Below are positions 17,491 through 22,339 of a stretch of DNA of 22,339 bases, piece after piece (within the stretch, counting starts at the first letter, position 1; the number at the start of each line of letters is the position of its first letter). The position numbers and the translations under genes were made by a program. The notes below the pieces were generated by a model that saw only the letters and a list, made by a program, of their open reading frames with translations, searched no databases and was not told where the DNA came from. Origin of the DNA: a bacterium (GTDB lineage: Bacteria; Patescibacteriota; Microgenomatia; Daviesbacterales; UBA10151); contig JAJYNW010000004.1 in NCBI GenBank assembly GCA_021786105.1, positions 1 to 22,339 of the forward strand, written 5' to 3'.

Positions 17491-18057
17491 GTGACTAAAA
17501 AGGAAAAACTGGCGGAACTGAAAAAGCGAATGGTGGAAGATAAAAATCTTCCGTTAAGAGAGGGCGCAACTCAATTAGTTTTTGGGGAAGGCAATCCGGA
17601 TGCGAAAATTTATTTTTTGGGAGAAGCGCCGGGTCGGATAGAGGATAAAACCGGCCGGCCGTTTGTAGGTAATTCCGGAAAACTGTTGGAGAAAATGCTG
17701 GAAAGCATTGGTTTAAAAAGGGAAGATATTTATATTTCTTCGGTGGTGAGATTTAGGCCACCGGAGAACAGAGACCCAAAACCGGAAGAAATTGCGGCCT
17801 TTGCCCCATATGTGGATGAGGAGATTAAAATTATTGATCCAAAAATTATTGTGACTTTAGGCAGATTTTCTTTAGGTAAATTTTTGCCTGATGCAAAAAT
17901 TAGTAAAGTTCATGGACAAGTTTTTAAAGTCAGCTGGCAGGGAAAAGAAAGAATGGTTATGCCGATGTTTCACCCGGCAGCAGCACTAAGGCGTCAGGAT
18001 GTAATGGTAGAATTTAAAAAAGACTTTCGGGTTTTAAAAAGAGAATATCTTTTTTGA
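17491..18057 (+). CDS. Uracil-DNA glycosylase, family 4-like, without Fe-S cysteines
   Basis: VFGEGNP, GEAPG..ED..GRPFVG.SG.LL, RPPENRDP, IVTLGR and FHPAA motifs; no Cys in 188 aa. Confidence 0.92.
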   Translation: MTKKEKLAELKKRMVEDKNLPLREGATQLVFGEGNPDAKIYFLGEAPGRIEDKTGRPFVGNSGKLLEKMLESIGLKREDIYISSVVRFRPPENRDPKPEEIAAFAPYVDEEIKIIDPKIIVTLGRFSLGKFLPDAKISKVHGQVFKVSWQGKERMVMPMFHPAAALRRQDVMVEFKKDFRVLKREYLF

Positions 18058-18061
18058 GCGT

Positions 18062-21000
18062 TTACTTTTCCGGTGCTATTAATCCCAGGACGGGGAATAC
18101 CAGGCTGGTTTTCGGTTGATAGTAGGTACCATCCGATACATTGTAAACAACATAAGGTAGGATAAGATCTGGCTGCTGGTTAGGTGCGGTGTCAAAAAAT
18201 ACTGCTTCATCAGAGTAGTTGCTGGGAAGGATAGCGCTTCCAAAGTAAGTATTATCACCCGGGAAGATTCTGCTTAAAGTACTTTGATATTTAGGACTGT
18301 TACCATAATCGCTTGTTTGGTTTAAATATATAAAAGAAGGAGAGATGGCGTCTTCCAGAATAAACGCATATTTTTCATTACTATAGTAATGTTTATTAAA
18401 CAGGTATTTACTAAACTGATTATTGCCTGTTAATACTACAATACCTGCTTCGCCCTGTTTAAGCTCCGGTACATTTTGCCCGGTTTGAATATTTTTATAA
18501 GAACGGGTCAGATTTATGTCAACTATTTTGACTCCTTCATCTTTCTGAGCCCCGTTTGGTTTAAGCAGTTGTTTTACCCGATCAGAGAATGTAAGTGGCT
18601 CAGTATTATTTGCGGAAATCGCTTGGTTTCCATAATCAGTTTGGACAATCGTGGTGTAAATCGGTACATCACCGCTGGTTTCTATATCGATTTTAATTTT
18701 TCCGTCTTTACTATTTTTGACCGGGAGTGATTGGGTGAATCTATTGTATTGTTGTTTTTCTTTAGTTAAATAAGCAATTTGGTCATTGACTGATACTTTA
18801 ATTGACGGTTCGTCAGCATAAAATTTTCTTCTTTCTGCATATTCGGCTCCGGCCAGCAGTGATAGCGGATCAGAAGAAGGGTCAATTAAAATAGAAGATA
18901 GCCCTTTAATTGCCTTATCGGCGTTTGCTGGCGACCCTTTTTCTATTATGGCCAGGGCTGGCAGGGTTTGTGAATAGGCCGTATCGCCGTCCCAAATATA
19001 GCGGTCACCAGCTGAGGGAAGGCTCATGGATTGAAGTTGTTCGATCAGAGAATTTTCCCCATTTAATATGCGAATGGCTAAGGAATCAGGCGTATTACGG
19101 TAGGCTGCATCCGGCGTCTCGTTAAGTACCCATTGTTTGGCAATCTGCTCCTCTTGTGAAGAGGCTGGTTGGTTTTGAGACCTAATATACTGCTGGGTGT
19201 TGGCTATAATTGAGGAGATATTATTAATTTCATCAAGCAGATGGACTTTGAAAGCCTGGTTTAAACCCTGTGTCAGCCAGAGGTTCATGGCAGCGAATGA
19301 TTCAGCAGTGGCGTAACGGGGCAGGTTCCAGTAATTGCCGGCTCTGCTTTGCATTAAATCTGATACCACTTCGCGGAAATTATTTTTATACCGTGCATAA
19401 TCATAAGAGGCGGGAGAGATTTTATTATCTCTGGTTTGAGCTAGGATATATGAATATGCAAATAACTGCTGACCAACAGCAATTGAAGGTTGGTAGTCAA
19501 AGTAAATACTTCTGTGGAAAAGTTCGCTAATAATATTTGGTACAACTGTCAGCTGAATATTGTTAAAGTCTAAAGTAGGATAGGTGGCTGTAAAAGTGAT
19601 ATTTTTTGATCCTTGGAAGGACATCCACGATGGTATGATATTCCCTTTTGGCAGGACCGGCTTACTAAGTAGCACCGAATCAACCGTATTGTTATTTGTA
19701 TCTTTCGCTTCTATGGCAAAAGACAGAGTTTTGGCCTGGGTGTTGATGTCGAGGGGGAATGCGGCGGTGGCAAAATCACCCTTGTTGATGTGAACTGGCT
19801 GGTTTTTTGATAACCCCAATTCCTTGATGGTCAGGAAGATATTCATATCGGCATCCTGCGAAGATGAGTTTTGTACCAGTGCTGAAATTATCGGTTTATC
19901 TCCCTGGTAATAAAAATTTGCCAAGGCCGGTATGATGTTGAAATCCTTTTGTGAAATCAAGCTGGAATTGGTTTGGCCAAACTGCGAGACCTGTGTGTTA
20001 GAAAAAACTTGGGCAGTGAAGGTGGTAATATTGTCAGGCAATTTAAAAGAAATAGTGGCTTGTCCGCTGGTATTTGTTTGTATATGCGGATTCCAGTAGG
20101 CAGTATCGGCAAAGTTTTGTCTTGGTCCGGGTCCTTTTTCATTATGGACATAAAAGCCGTCAGTAAAGAAGGTGTGATAGCGGGCAGTTGTAAGGTTGTA
20201 TACTGCAAATTGTCCAAGGTGCGGAGTGATTGAAGTGATTTTTACAGAATTGCCATTTTCATCAAGCAGGGTATCGCCGATTTTTGCCTCTTTTGCCTCA
20301 CGCCAGCTGCCGTTTAGATAAATTCTGTGCACCCAAGTTACATTTAAACTATTGTTAATAGTTAAATAATCAGTTACTGCATGATAATAGGTTTTGACTA
20401 CTGTATCTATCGTTAGTTGGGGTGATTGGTCAGAAATACGGGTTAAGATTTTGTCGCCATTTTTTACATCCTCAATGTTTTTACTAGATCCGTCACCCAT
20501 TAGTATTTTTGTGCCTTTAGTGAAACATCCGCCACCGCCACCGCCGATATTCCTCATGATGCCGGTAGTAGAATCATAATGAGTGACGGATGAATAGGGG
20601 GTAGATCCGTAGAACGAATCAAAAATATCTCCGTTTAACTGTCCAATTTGCAGCAGGGAAGCATCAATAACTGCCAGCGAGTTGTCGGCTGAGACCGGAT
20701 TTCCTTGCTGGTCTTTGGTAATAATGGTGGCTGAAACAGTGTCGTCAGGTTTATATATTGGCTTATCAAATGATATGGACGTATTGAGCTTTTGTTTTTC
20801 TTTACTAATGGCGATATTAATATATCCCCTGACAACATTGCCTTTGTTGATTGTATACACATCTATGCCAATGCCCTGTCCATATTCGTCTTTGATTGGT
20901 ATTGGTAAAACAAAAGCAGTATTATTGATGGGGTTGGCGGAAAATGACACTATGTTTGAATAACTACCGTTACTGTTAGTAATTACAATTACTGCATCAT

Positions 21001-22213
21001 TTATTGAGAAGTTGGCTTGGGCTATGAGATTGGCTGTTTCATTAGGCCGATATGAGTCTTTTGGGGTTTTAAGAGTTAGGTTGTATGGTGAGTTGTTTGG
21101 ACTGTATTGTTGTTTTTGACCTATATATACTTGCTGGCGGCTGGTTACTGTGTTACTTCGACTGTCGCTACCTTGGGCTACCACTTCATAATTTCCTGTA
21201 TCAACTTTTTGAAATGAGAAGCTGACGCTGCCGTCTGAGCCGGAAGTGACGTTTTGAGTTTGTACCTGCTGTTTGTTGTTATAGTCGATGACCTTGTATA
21301 AAGATAGTGTAACAGCTTTATTGCTGACTGTTTCTCGGGGGCTATTGTGGTTGAGGACTGAGACTGTGCCGCTGATGCCGTTATCATTATCGCCGGTTAA
21401 ATTATTTATAAATATGGCAAATTCGCCCCGGTGGATAAGTTTGGCAATTTTTCCAATTGACGGTGAGGCTCCGATGTTGGGTGTAACTTCCAGGGTAGCG
21501 ATTTGGCTTAGTTCGTATTTAGCCGGCAGATTAGCGGAAAAAGCAATTTGCGCTGTTCCTTTGCTGTCAAACTTCCCGCTGCCTGAAACCAGTTCATCCC
21601 CGTTTCCATAGTAACCACTGACTGTCCTTTCGATATTTTCAGTGGTACGGTCTTTCATTTCCTGAAAACTACTAACTAATACCCGATAAGTAAAATCTAC
21701 ATTTGAAAGGGGCTGGCCGTAATTGGTTTTAGCAAATACCGTCATATGGGCATTATCAGAACTAATATATTCTTTTTCCGTCGTGGTGGCGGTGATATCC
21801 ATATCAGGTTTGCGGTATGACTGGATGACCACTGGCAGCGAATCAATTTGTTTATAGGTGCCGTCTGCTTTTTTGATAGAAAGAGTAATCTGGGGATATG
21901 AGCCGGTTATCATTTGTGGCAGCTGCACATCGTAGGTGACAGTTCCGTTTTGATCAACGGTTAACGGTTGATAAGTGCTGTTTGGATCTGGCGAACCATA
22001 ATCAAGGAGGAATTTGGCGTAGAATGTCCCATTGGAGACAGCGTAATTGCCATTGTCTTTTTTTCTGATAACAGCCTTATAATGTACCATATCAGCAGGT
22101 CTGTAAACTGGCCTGTCAGAATAAGAAAATACTTGATAATTGTCTTCGTCGGTCGTATGGTAGCCAAAAGGACCGTAGGTTTTGGTAAAGGTAACCGCTA
22201 TATCGTTACCAAT
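18062..22213 (-). CDS. Bacterial alpha-2-macroglobulin-like protein with internal Hint domain, 5' part cut off by an IS200-family insertion (possible pseudogene)
   Basis: A2M motifs SDRPVYRPAD.V.YKAVIR (frame stays open upstream of ATG 22090), YRKPDM, DKPIYKPDD, LAVIDASLL and RQNFADTAYWNP...G.ATISFKLPDNITTF. A2M-like sequence runs to 22213 (IGNDIAV...). Confidence 0.88.
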   Translation of the reverse strand: MGNDIAVTFTKTYGPFGYHTTDEDNYQVFSYSDRPVYRPADMVHYKAVIRKKDNGNYAVSNGTFYAKFLLDYGSPDPNSTYQPLTVDQNGTVTYDVQLPQMITGSYPQITLSIKKADGTYKQIDSLPVVIQSYRKPDMDITATTTEKEYISSDNAHMTVFAKTNYGQPLSNVDFTYRVLVSSFQEMKDRTTENIERTVSGYYGNGDELVSGSGKFDSKGTAQIAFSANLPAKYELSQIATLEVTPNIGASPSIGKIAKLIHRGEFAIFINNLTGDNDNGISGTVSVLNHNSPRETVSNKAVTLSLYKVIDYNNKQQVQTQNVTSGSDGSVSFSFQKVDTGNYEVVAQGSDSRSNTVTSRQQVYIGQKQQYSPNNSPYNLTLKTPKDSYRPNETANLIAQANFSINDAVIVITNSNGSYSNIVSFSANPINNTAFVLPIPIKDEYGQGIGIDVYTINKGNVVRGYINIAISKEKQKLNTSISFDKPIYKPDDTVSATIITKDQQGNPVSADNSLAVIDASLLQIGQLNGDIFDSFYGSTPYSSVTHYDSTTGIMRNIGGGGGGCFTKGTKILMGDGSSKNIEDVKNGDKILTRISDQSPQLTIDTVVKTYYHAVTDYLTINNSLNVTWVHRIYLNGSWREAKEAKIGDTLLDENGNSVKITSITPHLGQFAVYNLTTARYHTFFTDGFYVHNEKGPGPRQNFADTAYWNPHIQTNTSGQATISFKLPDNITTFTAQVFSNTQVSQFGQTNSSLISQKDFNIIPALANFYYQGDKPIISALVQNSSSQDADMNIFLTIKELGLSKNQPVHINKGDFATAAFPLDINTQAKTLSFAIEAKDTNNNTVDSVLLSKPVLPKGNIIPSWMSFQGSKNITFTATYPTLDFNNIQLTVVPNIISELFHRSIYFDYQPSIAVGQQLFAYSYILAQTRDNKISPASYDYARYKNNFREVVSDLMQSRAGNYWNLPRYATAESFAAMNLWLTQGLNQAFKVHLLDEINNISSIIANTQQYIRSQNQPASSQEEQIAKQWVLNETPDAAYRNTPDSLAIRILNGENSLIEQLQSMSLPSAGDRYIWDGDTAYSQTLPALAIIEKGSPANADKAIKGLSSILIDPSSDPLSLLAGAEYAERRKFYADEPSIKVSVNDQIAYLTKEKQQYNRFTQSLPVKNSKDGKIKIDIETSGDVPIYTTIVQTDYGNQAISANNTEPLTFSDRVKQLLKPNGAQKDEGVKIVDINLTRSYKNIQTGQNVPELKQGEAGIVVLTGNNQFSKYLFNKHYYSNEKYAFILEDAISPSFIYLNQTSDYGNSPKYQSTLSRIFPGDNTYFGSAILPSNYSDEAVFFDTAPNQQPDLILPYVVYNVSDGTYYQPKTSLVFPVLGLIAPEK
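20141..20527 (-). other. Hint / bacterial intein-like domain (129 aa, Cys1...His-Asn, +1 = Glu)
   Basis: Block A CFTKGTKILMGDG..KNIEDV..GD, block B VTWVHRIY (TxxH), block F VYNLT, block G HTFFTDGFYVHN; no endonuclease; preceded by GGGGGG. Confidence 0.95.
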
Positions 22214-22339
22214 CGGAAAACTCCGCGGACTAAAAGTCCGCGGGTTCTTTACCTTTCTTCCTTTGCATGATGTTCCTTTTGATTCCTGACATATTCTTTC
22301 ACCTTTTCTAGTTCTTTTGTTCCTACCGTGGAACCATAA
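22214..22339 (-). mobile_element. IS200/IS605-family element, right end (runs off the window)
   Basis: TnpA C-terminus, then a perfect 9-bp hairpin CCGCGGACT-TTT-AGTCCGCGG (22223-22243). Putative guide GAAC lies 5' of it and putative cleavage tetramer TCCG at 22217-22214. Confidence 0.85.
22249..22338 (-). CDS. tnpA: IS200-family Y1 (HUH) transposase, C-terminal 29 aa (partial)
   Basis: Hand translation: YGSTVGTKELEKVKEYVRNQKEHHAKEER*, matching the STVG...Y(I/V)xNQ catalytic-Tyr helix of TnpA. Confidence 0.85.
   Translation of the reverse strand, partial: YGSTVGTKELEKVKEYVRNQKEHHAKEER

Noticed and set aside
20141-20527. Canonical splicing intein with homing endonuclease
   Set aside because: Only 129 aa with no endonuclease, and the +1 residue is Glu, so treated as a BIL/Hint cleavage domain.
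22088-22090. ORF-track start (MVHYK) as the true A2M start
   Set aside because: It falls inside the conserved DRPxYRPxDxV MG-domain motif, has no signal peptide, and A2M-like sequence continues to 22213.
18476-22270. Short + strand and alternate-frame ORFs overlapping the A2M gene
   Set aside because: Shadow ORFs of a long coding frame with no independent support.
22214-22339. A2M frame stays stop-free through the visible IS end (possible fusion or IStron-like splicing)
   Set aside because: Only 42 codons, not A2M-like, and no group I intron features are visible; can be chance.
1-22339. CRISPR array, tRNA or rRNA genes
   Set aside because: No regularly spaced direct repeats with spacers and no cloverleaf or rRNA signatures seen.

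Overview
Most of the window (386-16880, + strand) is a contiguous S10-spc-alpha ribosomal superoperon: rplC to rplO, secY, adk, map, infA, rpmJ, rpsM/K/D, rpoA, rplQ, rplM, rpsI. It starts at rplC with no rpsJ, lacks rpmD (L30) and has many charged terminal extensions, which suggests a CPR/Patescibacteria (probably Microgenomates-like) genome (inference). A 207-aa orphan gene sits between rpmJ and rpsM, and small palindromic elements and 7/8-mer arrays lie inside and between housekeeping genes. After rpsI come a promoter, a T-box-type attenuator with an atypical 5' part, a 76-aa HTH-like ORF and a cysteine-free family-4 uracil-DNA glycosylase. On the - strand is a large bacterial alpha-2-macroglobulin-like gene that lacks the CxEQ thioester motif but carries a 129-aa Hint (intein-like) domain in the bait-region position; the Hint Cys1 is the only cysteine in the visible part. 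An IS200/IS605-family element cuts this gene at the window edge. The best candidates for an undescribed system are the Hint-armed, thioester-less A2M and the T-box-controlled HTH gene.
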